Part shown: in pieces, positions 50,601 through 59,080 of the stretch
How positions within the stretch are numbered: the first letter of the stretch is position 1
Layout: each line of letters opens with the position of its first letter
Source: a virus
Taxonomy: Duplodnaviria > Caudoviricetes
Length of the DNA: 64,000 nucleotides
IMG/VR virus record: IMGVR_UViG_3300011338_000371
Location: 15,274-79,273 of that record
Reading direction: 5' to 3' (one strand)
Program-made: the position numbers and the translations under genes
Notes under the pieces: model-generated
Told to the model about the DNA's origin: nothing
Seen by the model: the letters and a program-made list of their open reading frames with translations, nothing else
Database searches by the model: none

Positions 50601-51137
50601 GACGGTGATCTCTATTCTACAGATCCTTACTATAAGTATCGCCCTAACTCTAACAAGGTAGATTGGGATAGAACACATCCTATGCAAGCAGGTGAGATGG
50701 GGTTAGCTGTATTGGGTATGGAGTTCTTAGGACTAAAAGGAACTTTTATTGGACCCAAATCAGTAGAGTTCCAAAACAGAGCATTCAATGACTACGCTCC
50801 TAAGACTTATACTAAAGAACTAAGAACTAGATATAAGAAAGATCACGAAGGATTAGAGGTCATGCCTACTAGAACTCGCTTAGCTCAAGAAAGAAAGGTG
50901 TTTAAAAAACAACTTAAGGAGATCCAAGAAGAGACTGCTAAGTATATTTCTAGAGGGGAAAGAGTACCTGAAAGCTTAAACAACAAACTTAAAACTTTGA
51001 GAGAGAACTATAAGAAAAGAATAGAAGGAATCAAGGCAGGTAACATAGATGAATCAAGTCCTATTGCTTATCCGTTTATGAACTTACTCGGTGACAGAAG
51101 AGGATTAGATGTTACTCCTGAGCCTCAAGAAGAATAA
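44688..51137 (+). CDS. Large polyvalent cargo protein (ADP-ribosyltransferase-like module plus zincin metallopeptidase)
   Basis: 2149 aa; VYHGT...FYVSTDKSEAESYA at about 44952-45065; DTPWHEFGH (HEFGH at 46281-46295) followed by EEVIVTELG; long helical remainder. Confidence 0.7.
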   Translation: MFCPNLSDPTIKAQFESLQSIVPDYAYYLWDKYQGDVPAKYYNLSNAVIKEGVSELFESNSELASIGTPQQYSQYLDSIFPDSKVKDIVYHGTKGDKFDTIDFTKNNFGGNVFYVSTDKSEAESYARKTGNVLALLINAKNVQFQRDAFFGNTPQNINEINQEIQDLENLKFGLQFIDEEIEVKFFNSQKEAKEFAERNSGWENLEEKVKQDKLKQLKILLNNLTVEGEFDTVLTNNDAGGKTIYIVNKSEQIHILGNKQDIEGFKKFVSTSAMPTTMFSRKDAKFVSDRFIRLERQYDFVRGIQTSPEYWNMSMEEKKRYVASKHFQEILPAIQGLDSVRVEGNKIYLSETKRVKSPGALYNYAVRLKENINAMFPLAYSNPPAYVRELSDGQTLIEFDLNGSYTIPFLQAVETLEEESMRTEMELFDIQENLGKEKAAIMEKLQSANELLIDGEVLPLNGLMFQKNFSLKQALKDPKIKAYGQVLDKLASRFPGVTWKWNNQIAEAARVNLSTGEIEVNPELIQEDTPWHEFGHFVVRGIRESNPELFEQLKAEVKRLHEESPTSSAYSFVEDAYPDYVGSESFWEEVIVTELGRQAATKANRSLFDKVFDWFKSLLRSFKVGVTPISNMSNLVESLVDPSNLFEVIPTNSAIEDYMFQRIVPQDQVDALTQYVVTTPGAQFEFQTYAEKIQTIASAISDSEFKKILDTNRFLGLGNESLQRSLDAIKQVKNIVTKEDVAASVLELSDYLQYNSIYLQGLIRHLDNILNDPNIPSGKKLGDLHRTYKQALAIEKHVKKIESLFDTSVLKKMYRAEVQKDAFLKNLSWIKTAINTIKEDHATNIQAPVFNELTDSLSQQAVDIAAQFDSDIAKLKSRTQTPAIAKRIAELEKEKAESIPTPENIKKFLADPNSPWYLAWESAMSTKTPSVQIIANYIRGINNEFQENLKPIARDWQDLMDDIAALEGSFFGSAMDTKNFYKPFIRETVLYEVIDGKLVKDKKVISLNTKIKTIELRNRATELNYLVEYGETEEIRNKAEEDLKKFYEEYTERPFTDEYYAIQKLLPDDVKEKRNRIYQEIGAIREEFGTGEIDEHTIERLKEKEKEIYELERIYDEAGELKTGKAYEDAIAIQKWKETKRNAEVMNFVLTDDSRAVFEKMLASKKADLAKGLITQDAYNKWASVHTRTTYTQEFYDTRQIILDDIQRLLSSRGSMQDLYSGLFNLLLGTKDRNGVYDPVQVTDKQVVKAKELELQIEEIKSLLKQDSPLDTDTKNKLGVLIEKLQDLQSNVNSEYYESAVRNQKDSIRTQVTAENPDLNTQSIEKIVEARYKNSVWYQNNHINKFRFNPETRVVQEVVEPLFMWRVTRPNNPKYIEKDAPSSLWYKSVIRPEFKNPNYKPKEITFKEVTGGEYYNSNYDNLTSTQKQLLERMRVLHYRSQENLYQKDKLGDLIPGMRKTKGEFVDLIKLKANIVKQFFKNILSYFKGDRDSFSDEDDIYGDAYQTDAFGDPVTRESRRLFNRYARTLPIEEQSYDIMTAMASYATSSERFKVMRKYQSTVLTMEEVMSAGKEESGASKVIADLIDRELYGKVLEDKNNSVALRVGNSLFSGVSNVAGFKTLGFNLVSLPQNWISGHLKILSQLGFYHITAKDLVRAHGDTSGISKEFYLTYNQFGAKSYRVSLVDYFTGTQALANQASEINNKGLAKYGKAWKAVSTLRDFTEFDIAAVTTYAFLNKYRVPVKGSTETIRLKDAFELRDGVIQPKPNVDVSFEFVQRVRKEIQLANERAQGIYSLEAQPTMAKHAWFRSIMFLKKWVIPDLKSTWGSETIHYGAGIKTIGSHRAALNFLMDTVYFDKGRMYNTWKYSSDTQKAGLKQFAVQLATYTVLANLIVQMSLALNCEEDAESDWKDYVCLGAKRTANEAEGVFTLWGLNEMMFTYVAEQANGVSIFEKIGWAAMGPFSVWRKFVTDGDLYSTDPYYKYRPNSNKVDWDRTHPMQAGEMGLAVLGMEFLGLKGTFIGPKSVEFQNRAFNDYAPKTYTKELRTRYKKDHEGLEVMPTRTRLAQERKVFKKQLKEIQEETAKYISRGERVPESLNNKLKTLRENYKKRIEGIKAGNIDESSPIAYPFMNLLGDRRGLDVTPEPQEE

Positions 51138-51138
51138 C

Positions 51139-51168
51139 TTGACTTATTTTTTTAATAGTTTACTTTTG
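51139..51168 (+). promoter_or_regulatory. Bacteroidota-type promoter for the fibre operon
   Basis: TTG 51139-51141, 19-nt spacer, TACTTTTG 51161-51168. Confidence 0.75.
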
Positions 51169-51240
51169 TACTACGGGCCTAAAAAGCCGAGTACTTAAGT
51201 ACTGTAACGATAATTAAACTAAATTAAACTAAATATAATT

Positions 51241-51561
51241 ATGGAAAATAATGATTTGCTTAAAGAGCAGGCCAAACGTCTAAGACAGATTGCTTCTAAC
51301 ACAGAAGAACCCCAAGACGTATCTAGAAGTATCGCCCTTACAGGGTCTCTTACTGCTCTTCCTTCCGAGTGTTGCAAGTTTGTAACTTTAATGAACACTA
51401 CGGGAACTACTGTAAGCTTTACAGTAAACAATTCCATGTCTGGAACTTCAGGAGCTACAGTTGTTTTACCAAACAACTCAGGAGTAAGTATAGATACCCC
51501 TAATACAGTAAACGTAAAAGTACTAGGTACTGGAACTCTGTATTACATTGTATCTCAATAA
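51241..51561 (+). CDS. Small beta-rich protein, probably fibre-associated
   Basis: 106 aa, first gene after the promoter at 51139. Confidence 0.6.
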   Translation: MENNDLLKEQAKRLRQIASNTEEPQDVSRSIALTGSLTALPSECCKFVTLMNTTGTTVSFTVNNSMSGTSGATVVLPNNSGVSIDTPNTVNVKVLGTGTLYYIVSQ

Positions 51562-51607
51562 GTTAGCCTTTATTAGGCTTAACTTTATTTAAACTTAACT
51601 TACTATT

Positions 51608-53503
51608 ATGGCTCGTATAGGAAAATTTTTCTTTTTTGATGGCTCAGAAAACTTAGCCACTGTCTTCTATTATCATGTAAGATCTAATGGAGGAGTAGTA
51701 GAATCTATAGGCTGCGTAGATAATACGTCTAGCTTTTTAGAACAATCTTCTTTTCTCTTATCTCCAAGTGGATACAAAGAAGACACAGTATACACACAGA
51801 AACCTATAGGAGCAACAGGTAACTTAACTTTTACCAGAGGATCAGATTCTTGGAGAACTAACGTACAAGGTCTTGTAGAAAGGACTCCATACAATTTGTT
51901 GCAGAGAAGTGAAGAGTTTGACAATGGGATTTGGACAAAAACGGGCTGCACAATATCTACTAATGTAACATCTGCACCTAATGGAACAACGACTGCGGAC
52001 AAATTAGTTTCTACAAATTTGGCAACGGGTTCTTCTGTATATCAACAAGGTACAATCATAGCAAACGCATCATACACTTTTTCTATTTATGTAAAAGCAA
52101 GTGGGGCGAATTGGATTCAATTGATTGCAACGGGTACAACTATATCTTCACCCGCTCGGTTGTGGGTTGACCTTTCTAATGGTGCATTAGGCACTAATAA
52201 TGGAGGGTTTTCCATAGCAAGTGTAACTAATGTGGGGGATGGTTGGTATAGAGTGATTGGGGCGTTTACGACGGCATCAACTGCAACATTCTCAAATTTG
52301 TTTTGTGCATTAGCAACGGGAGATAATATCAATGCATTTAGTGGCGATGGAACTTCGGGAGTATTCATTTGGGGTGCCCAATTAGTAGAGGGCGCTTATC
52401 CTTTAGAGTACTTCCCTACTACAGATAGACTTGATGTACCTAGAATAGATTACTCTTATGGTACTTGTCCTGCTTTACTGTTAGAACCGCAGAGGACGAA
52501 TTTGTGTTTGTATTCAAGTGCGGTAGGCGGTACGGGATGGACGATAATTTCTGCGGGCACTGGGGTATCCCCGACAGTAACTACAAATTATGCGGTTTCA
52601 CCCGATGGAACAATGAGCGCTTCAAGGCTTCAATTATCATTGAATGGTGGGACAACGACATTAGACCAATCATTAGTAACTCAAACTCTTACGGGGACAT
52701 CTTGCCGTGGTTCTTTTTACATTAAAACAAATGATGGCTCTACAAAAACAATTTATGTTCGTGGAAGTTCTGCGTATAGTATTGTAATTGACGGAACTTG
52801 GAAACGATATGATTTTGATGCGGCAACTCTATCTACAACGCAATTTGGTATCGGTCTTCGTGGAGGTCAAACGCCAACGAATAGTAACACCGCAGATATT
52901 TTAGTTTGGGGCGCACAACTTGAAGCAGGCGCTTATCCTAGTTCTTATATCAGAACAGAAGCAACCACAGTAACTCGCTTAGCTGATTCTTTCTCTCGTA
53001 ATAACATATATACTAATAACCTTATAACTTCTGCAGGAGGAACTTGGTACGTAGAGTTGAGGGGAAATTTGAGTTTAACGCAAGCTACAAGTGAGCAAGG
53101 AATTTCGTTGGGGGATAATTCTGTTCAATTTTTAGGCAATCAACTTCAAATACGCTCATTAGGTGGTAATGCAAGGCTTACTGTAGGTATAAGAATATCT
53201 GGTTCATATTTTTCATTATATGCTACAACAAGCGACACGGTGAAACTTGCATTCAAATGGAACGGAAGCACCGCAGATGTGTTTGTTAATGGTACAAAGG
53301 TTGTTACGGCAACTTCATTTACGGCAACTGCTTTAGAGTTTTTGACAGCAACTGCCACAGGCGTTCCAAAATACATCCAAGGAATGGCTTTATATCCTGT
53401 CCCATTAGATGATGTAGACTGTGAGTTGCTTACTAATCCTACCTCTAGTGGATACAGTTCTTTTGCTTCAATGGCTTCTAGCTTAGGATACATATTAATC
53501 TAA
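51608..53503 (+). CDS. Fibre/spike protein, paralogue A (two CBM-like modules plus ConA/LamG-like C-terminus)
   Basis: 631 aa; NLLQRSEEF, DGWYRV, IWGAQLVEG, LLLEPQRTNL, WGAQLEAGAYPSSYI, KWNG...VFVNG motifs shared with paralogues B and C. Confidence 0.75.
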   Translation: MARIGKFFFFDGSENLATVFYYHVRSNGGVVESIGCVDNTSSFLEQSSFLLSPSGYKEDTVYTQKPIGATGNLTFTRGSDSWRTNVQGLVERTPYNLLQRSEEFDNGIWTKTGCTISTNVTSAPNGTTTADKLVSTNLATGSSVYQQGTIIANASYTFSIYVKASGANWIQLIATGTTISSPARLWVDLSNGALGTNNGGFSIASVTNVGDGWYRVIGAFTTASTATFSNLFCALATGDNINAFSGDGTSGVFIWGAQLVEGAYPLEYFPTTDRLDVPRIDYSYGTCPALLLEPQRTNLCLYSSAVGGTGWTIISAGTGVSPTVTTNYAVSPDGTMSASRLQLSLNGGTTTLDQSLVTQTLTGTSCRGSFYIKTNDGSTKTIYVRGSSAYSIVIDGTWKRYDFDAATLSTTQFGIGLRGGQTPTNSNTADILVWGAQLEAGAYPSSYIRTEATTVTRLADSFSRNNIYTNNLITSAGGTWYVELRGNLSLTQATSEQGISLGDNSVQFLGNQLQIRSLGGNARLTVGIRISGSYFSLYATTSDTVKLAFKWNGSTADVFVNGTKVVTATSFTATALEFLTATATGVPKYIQGMALYPVPLDDVDCELLTNPTSSGYSSFASMASSLGYILI

Positions 53504-53532
53504 ACAAACTATTAAACTTAAATTTAAATTAG

Positions 53533-55347
53533 ATGGCTACCCCAACACTTATATTAGGAGCAAATAACTGGGCAATAGAAGAAGATAACATTCTAGGATA
53601 TGCCTTAGGACCTTCTTCTAAACAATACTTACCTAGAGAGATCTCATTTACTAGGGGATCAGATGCTACATATACTGACTCTACAGGAGTAATTAGGCAA
53701 GCATGCTGGAACTTGTTGCAGTATAGTGAAGATCTTACAAATGGAGTTTGGGGTAAGCAAAATACAACAATAACTGCCAACAGTACAAATGCACCAGACA
53801 GTGCACTAACTGCTGACCAGATGTTCGATGATACATCATTAAACTGGCATCGCATTATATATACTACTTCAGTAATTAGCGGAAATGCATATACATACTC
53901 TATATATCTAAAAGCAAATACGGAGACGGCTGTTCAATTAAACAGCTACAATATATATGCTTCAAATTCATTTAACTACGCTAATTTTGACTTACAAAAC
54001 GGAGTTGTTGGGACATATGCAAATTGTACACCATCAATAACAAATATAGGTAATGGATGGTATAGATGTTCTATAACACAAACAAGCGTTGTTAGTGGAA
54101 CCTCTTATCTATATATAACAACTACAAATAATAATCCTTTATCATCAGATAGGCCGACTTACGCAGGTGCTGGCAATTCTTTTTATATTTGGGGCGCTCA
54201 GTTAGTTCAAGGATCAGATGCTCTTGGGTATCTCAGAACAACCGACAGATTGAACATGCCTAGAGTTGACAGTTCCACTGGAACAAAAGCGTTCTTGCTT
54301 GAGCCTCAGAGAACGAATTTGTGCCTACAATCGGAAAGTTTTGACAATGCGAGTTGGACAAAGGATAGTAGTGCAACGGTGACGGCAAACACAACAACTG
54401 CCCCCGATGGCAATACAACTGCCGACACCATCAATCTTGCGGCCGTAGCAAATTCACGAATAAATCAAGTAATAAATATTAACAATTCAACTACTTACAC
54501 AGTAAGTGGATATTTTAAAAATATAGCATTAGCATCGGGGGAAAATATATCATTAATCTATGGTAATACAAATTCCTGGGGTCCTCCGAATAATTTTACT
54601 GCAACTGCCTCTATTGATTTATTCAATGGAACTGCAACTTATTCACTTACGGGGACATCGGGAACGGGGTTTTCGGGTAGTGCAAGTGGTTCAATTCAAA
54701 ATGTTGGCAATGGTTGGTATAGAGTTTCATTGACATTTACAACGGGAACTGCCGCTGCCACAGGTGGAGTATTTAGATTAATTAGTTCAACTGTCGCAAG
54801 TGCGAGGTTGTTTTATGCTTGGGGAATGCAGATGGAATTAGGAGCCTACCCTACCACCTATGTTCCAACTACATCAACAACTGTTACAAGGATTGGTGAC
54901 ACATTTAGTAAATCAAACATCTATACTAATCGGTACATTGGGCAAAATGGTGGTACTTGGTTAGTTGAGTTGAGAAATAATATCAGTTATGTGAGAGATA
55001 ATACGATTGGTATTTTTATAGGTGACACAACAGGCTCAAATTCAGGAAACCAATTTATTATACGAGCGACATCGAGCGGAAGATTGGCAATTTTCAAATG
55101 TATCTCATCTGTACCAACACAAATTTTTGGAACATCAACTGACACGATTAAATTTGCCATTAAATGGAACGGAACAAGTGCTGATTTATTTGTAAACGGA
55201 ACAAAAGAAGTAAGTGCAACATCATTCACAACTACCGCAATGGAAAACTTAATTGGGGGTTGTGGATCACCAATGTTAATCCAACAAATAAAACTATATT
55301 CAGAGCCATTAAGTGACGCTGAATGCATTGAAATAACTACTTTATAA
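53533..55347 (+). CDS. Fibre/spike protein, paralogue B
   Basis: 604 aa; same motif series (NLLQYSE, NGWYRC, IWGAQLVQG, LLEPQRTNL, WGMQMELGAYPTTY, KWNG). Confidence 0.75.
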   Translation: MATPTLILGANNWAIEEDNILGYALGPSSKQYLPREISFTRGSDATYTDSTGVIRQACWNLLQYSEDLTNGVWGKQNTTITANSTNAPDSALTADQMFDDTSLNWHRIIYTTSVISGNAYTYSIYLKANTETAVQLNSYNIYASNSFNYANFDLQNGVVGTYANCTPSITNIGNGWYRCSITQTSVVSGTSYLYITTTNNNPLSSDRPTYAGAGNSFYIWGAQLVQGSDALGYLRTTDRLNMPRVDSSTGTKAFLLEPQRTNLCLQSESFDNASWTKDSSATVTANTTTAPDGNTTADTINLAAVANSRINQVININNSTTYTVSGYFKNIALASGENISLIYGNTNSWGPPNNFTATASIDLFNGTATYSLTGTSGTGFSGSASGSIQNVGNGWYRVSLTFTTGTAAATGGVFRLISSTVASARLFYAWGMQMELGAYPTTYVPTTSTTVTRIGDTFSKSNIYTNRYIGQNGGTWLVELRNNISYVRDNTIGIFIGDTTGSNSGNQFIIRATSSGRLAIFKCISSVPTQIFGTSTDTIKFAIKWNGTSADLFVNGTKEVSATSFTTTAMENLIGGCGSPMLIQQIKLYSEPLSDAECIEITTL

Positions 55348-55417
55348 ACTTAAATCTAAATTTAATTAAATTTAATTACAAAATATAAACTTTAAACTTT
55401 AAATAATAAAACAAGCT

Positions 55418-57166
55418 ATGTCATACGCTAAAATATTTCCCTTAGGTTCTCTTGGTTCAGTAGTAAATACAGGAGTACTTCAAATTCAAGGAGGGGTCTA
55501 CCTAGATAGTACCCTTAGAATTCTTACTGATCAATTAAACACCCCATCAGTATTAAGACTCTCTACTACATCAGTAACAAACTATGGAGGAGGAGCTATT
55601 CCTACCAACACAGCTTTTGGTGATCAAGCGTTATTGAGCAACACCTCTGGATCTAATAACCTATCTTTAGGTTATAGGGCTTTGAGGGCGAATACTTCAG
55701 GGACACAGAACGTAGCTGTGGGGGTGGATGCGTTGTTGAGTAATACGACTGCGAGTAATAACGTAGCGGTAGGTTATCAAGCTGCAAATAGCAACACCTC
55801 AGGCTTAGGTATAACGGCTGTTGGTAGTTCAGCGTTGACGTCAAATACTACAGGTAATAACAATGTAGCAGTTGGTCTATCTGCATTGGCAGCGAACACA
55901 ACAGGAGGGAATAATACAGCAGTAGGGGAACGTGCAATGGGTAATTTAATTACAGGTGGTAATAATACTGGTATTGGTTCTAATGCTTTAAGAAACAATA
56001 TAGGAGGTTTTTTTAATGTCGCATTAGGTGATTCTGCTTTACGAAATAACACCGCAAGTAACAATACCGCTGTAGGTTTTGAAGCCGCTTTAACCAACAC
56101 AAGCGGAGTAGGTATTACTGCTATAGGTTATCAGGCGTTGAGGGCAAGTACTGGTAATAATAATACTGCGTTAGGTTTTCAAAGTTTATTAACAAATACT
56201 ACAGGTGCTAGTAACGTTGCTATTGGTGCATTGGCTTTACAATTAACAAGTACTGCTAGTAGCAACGTTGCTATTGGTGTATCTGCTTTATTTAATAATA
56301 CCGCTTCCAACAATACCGCCGTTGGAACAAGTGCAGCCCAAGCCAACACCTCTGGCACAGGCATAACAGCAATAGGGTATCAGGCGTTGACTGCGAGTAC
56401 GGGTAGTAATAATACGGCGTTAGGGTTTCAGGCGGGTGTAGCTGTAACTACTGGAGCAAGTAATACTTTTATTGGTAACTTATCGGGTAATACAACTACA
56501 GGAGGTTTATCAAACGTATTAGTTGGTTCTTCTTCAAGAATGGCAGGGATAGTTAACAGTTCAGGAGTTGGTATTGGTAGTGATATTGTTGCAGGAGATT
56601 CAAGTGCAACAATTGGTTCTGCTTCTCAATCTACAACAAGTTGTGTAGTTATAGGTAGACAAGCTGTATCGGCTTTTTCAGCGTCTGTTGTTATTGGTCG
56701 TGAGGCAACAGCAACAGCCGCTAACCAATTTGTAGTAGGATCAGCAGCGTATAACGCAGGAGCAGTAACAGCAGAAACAAACACTACTATTTCTTCTTGG
56801 GCTGTTAAGATTAACGGAACAGATAGAAAACTTCTCTTATTGGATACTGCTCAGAACGTAATTGATGTTAAGCAAAGTGTTGCTGCCTCTACTTCTACTA
56901 CTACAGTAAACTGGGCTAATGGAAACCTAGCGGATATTACGCTTACTTCTAGTACTACTTTAACTTTAAGCGCTCCAGTAATAGGAACCTACATAGTAAA
57001 GTTAACCCAAGGAGGAGCAGGAAGCTTCACAGTAACTTGGCCTGCTACAGTAAAATGGTCAGGAGGTATTGCCCCTGTATTGACTACTACTGCAGGTAAG
57101 ATAGATATGATTACTTTGTTATGGGATGGAACCTCTTACTATGGTTCTTATGCTCTTAACTTTTAA
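55418..57166 (+). CDS. Tail fibre with NTAVG-type beta-roll repeats
   Basis: 582 aa; many NxA[VL]Gxx[AS]LxxNTxG repeats; C-terminal TVNWANGN...VKWSGG domain. Confidence 0.75.
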   Translation: MSYAKIFPLGSLGSVVNTGVLQIQGGVYLDSTLRILTDQLNTPSVLRLSTTSVTNYGGGAIPTNTAFGDQALLSNTSGSNNLSLGYRALRANTSGTQNVAVGVDALLSNTTASNNVAVGYQAANSNTSGLGITAVGSSALTSNTTGNNNVAVGLSALAANTTGGNNTAVGERAMGNLITGGNNTGIGSNALRNNIGGFFNVALGDSALRNNTASNNTAVGFEAALTNTSGVGITAIGYQALRASTGNNNTALGFQSLLTNTTGASNVAIGALALQLTSTASSNVAIGVSALFNNTASNNTAVGTSAAQANTSGTGITAIGYQALTASTGSNNTALGFQAGVAVTTGASNTFIGNLSGNTTTGGLSNVLVGSSSRMAGIVNSSGVGIGSDIVAGDSSATIGSASQSTTSCVVIGRQAVSAFSASVVIGREATATAANQFVVGSAAYNAGAVTAETNTTISSWAVKINGTDRKLLLLDTAQNVIDVKQSVAASTSTTTVNWANGNLADITLTSSTTLTLSAPVIGTYIVKLTQGGAGSFTVTWPATVKWSGGIAPVLTTTAGKIDMITLLWDGTSYYGSYALNF

Positions 57167-57196
57167 TTTTTAACTTTTAACTTAAAATAAAACACA

Positions 57197-59080
57197 ATGT
57201 TCAACGGTCCAGTATTTCTTAACGAAACTATACAAGCTAATGCGAGAGCAGTAAATGCAGGAGGCATATCAGAAAGTTTAGATGAGGCAAACGCTTTATA
57301 TTCTCGCTTATCAGGAGCTTCATTTAAGTTAGTACCTTCTTCTTTTGGAAGAGGAGTTCTTTACTCAGGAGCTCCGGGAGTAAACGGGGATTTGACTTGG
57401 ACTCGTGGAGGTGATGCGTTTAGAACAAATGCAAGTGGGTTGATTCAGCGAGTGCCGTGGAATTTGTTGCAACAAAGTGAAACTTTTGAGAATGCGGTAT
57501 GGACAAAATCAGCCACAACATTAACTGCAAATACAACCGTAGCACCAAACGGCACTACAACTGCGGACACATTAATTGAAAATACTGCCAATTCAACGCA
57601 TCAAATTTTTCAAAGCATTACAAATGTCAATGGGGCAACTCCTTATACTGTGATGATTTATGTGAAGCAAAACGCCAGTCGTAATGTAGCAATTCGCATT
57701 CAAGATGGGGCGTTCACTTACGGGCAAGTAATAGTCACTTACAACTTAAATACTGGTGCATTAATTAGTCAAAATGCAACGGGTAACGGAGTTGTTGTTA
57801 GCACATCCGCAACATTGACAAACGGATACTATTTGATTGCGGTATCATTTAGCATAAATTTAAGCACATCATTTAGATATGATGTTTTGATGGTCAACGG
57901 AACTTCCAATAGTTATACGGGAGATGGAACAAGTAGCATTGTCATTTGGGGCGCACAACTTGTAGAAGGCACAACCGCCCAAACATACCTACCAACAACC
58001 GACCGATTAAACTTTCCCCGTCTATCCTATATGTACGGCAGTTGTCCGAGTGCGTTGCTTGAACCGCAGAGGACGAATTTGGTTTTACGAAGTGAGGAAT
58101 TTGATAATTCATATTGGGCAAAAGCAGCAATAAGCGTAACGGGTAACAATACTACCGCCCCAGATGGCGCAAATACGGCTGATTTAATTATCGAGAATTC
58201 TTCAAGTGCAGCACATGCAATTACAAGAGGTTCACTTGCGCTTGGTAGTGCAACATATACTTGCACTATCTATGCGAAAGCCAAAGAAAGAAGTAGAATT
58301 TTGTTATATGCGGGTGGTGCAACAGCAGGAGGTTATGGATTTGATTTAATTAATGGAATGGCAAATGCAGTTACTGGCATTACTGCCCCATCATCGTTTA
58401 GTATACAAAGTGTAGGCAATGGGTGGTATAGATGTTCGATTACAATCACGAGTACAACATTCACTTTTTTTGAAGCATATTTGTTGTCTTCATTTTCGGG
58501 ATTTAGTTATCAAGGAGACGGAGTAAGTGGTCTTTATCTTTGGGGCGCACAACTTGAAGCGGGCGCATACCCCACCACCTACATACCAACTACATCAGCC
58601 ACCGCCACCCGTGTTGCAGATTCTTTCAGCCGAAATAACATCTACACCAATGGTTTGATTAGTGCGAGTGGGGGAACTTGGTTTGTTGAGTTGCGGGGGA
58701 ATGTTAGTTTGCCACGCTCTACCTCAAATGGAGGTATAGCAATAAATACTTCAAGCGATTATATTTTGGGCAATGGTTTTGTTATTCGCAGTGTATCAAC
58801 GGGCGGAAGTCAACTAACAATTCAAAAGGTAATCGCAGACACACCATCAACACTTTATACCATAACTGCAACTACTGCAAAAATCGCCATCAAATGGAAT
58901 GGAACAAGTTGCGATGTATTTGTAAATGGCACAAAGGAAGTATCTGCGTCATCTTTTGCAATAACCGCAATGGAAAATATTAATGGTAATGGGGCAAATG
59001 TTACTATGTTCATCCAACAAATGGCACTTTTCCCAACAGCCCTTTCCGATACTGATTGTGCGGCTATTACGAGTTTATAA
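57197..59080 (+). CDS. Fibre/spike protein, paralogue C
   Basis: 627 aa; same motif series as paralogues A and B. Confidence 0.75.
   Translation: MFNGPVFLNETIQANARAVNAGGISESLDEANALYSRLSGASFKLVPSSFGRGVLYSGAPGVNGDLTWTRGGDAFRTNASGLIQRVPWNLLQQSETFENAVWTKSATTLTANTTVAPNGTTTADTLIENTANSTHQIFQSITNVNGATPYTVMIYVKQNASRNVAIRIQDGAFTYGQVIVTYNLNTGALISQNATGNGVVVSTSATLTNGYYLIAVSFSINLSTSFRYDVLMVNGTSNSYTGDGTSSIVIWGAQLVEGTTAQTYLPTTDRLNFPRLSYMYGSCPSALLEPQRTNLVLRSEEFDNSYWAKAAISVTGNNTTAPDGANTADLIIENSSSAAHAITRGSLALGSATYTCTIYAKAKERSRILLYAGGATAGGYGFDLINGMANAVTGITAPSSFSIQSVGNGWYRCSITITSTTFTFFEAYLLSSFSGFSYQGDGVSGLYLWGAQLEAGAYPTTYIPTTSATATRVADSFSRNNIYTNGLISASGGTWFVELRGNVSLPRSTSNGGIAINTSSDYILGNGFVIRSVSTGGSQLTIQKVIADTPSTLYTITATTAKIAIKWNGTSCDVFVNGTKEVSASSFAITAMENINGNGANVTMFIQQMALFPTALSDTDCAAITSL

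Noticed and set aside
55348-55417. Extremely A/T-rich spacer as a replication origin
   Set aside because: Short, resembles other A-rich translation leaders here, and has no iterons.
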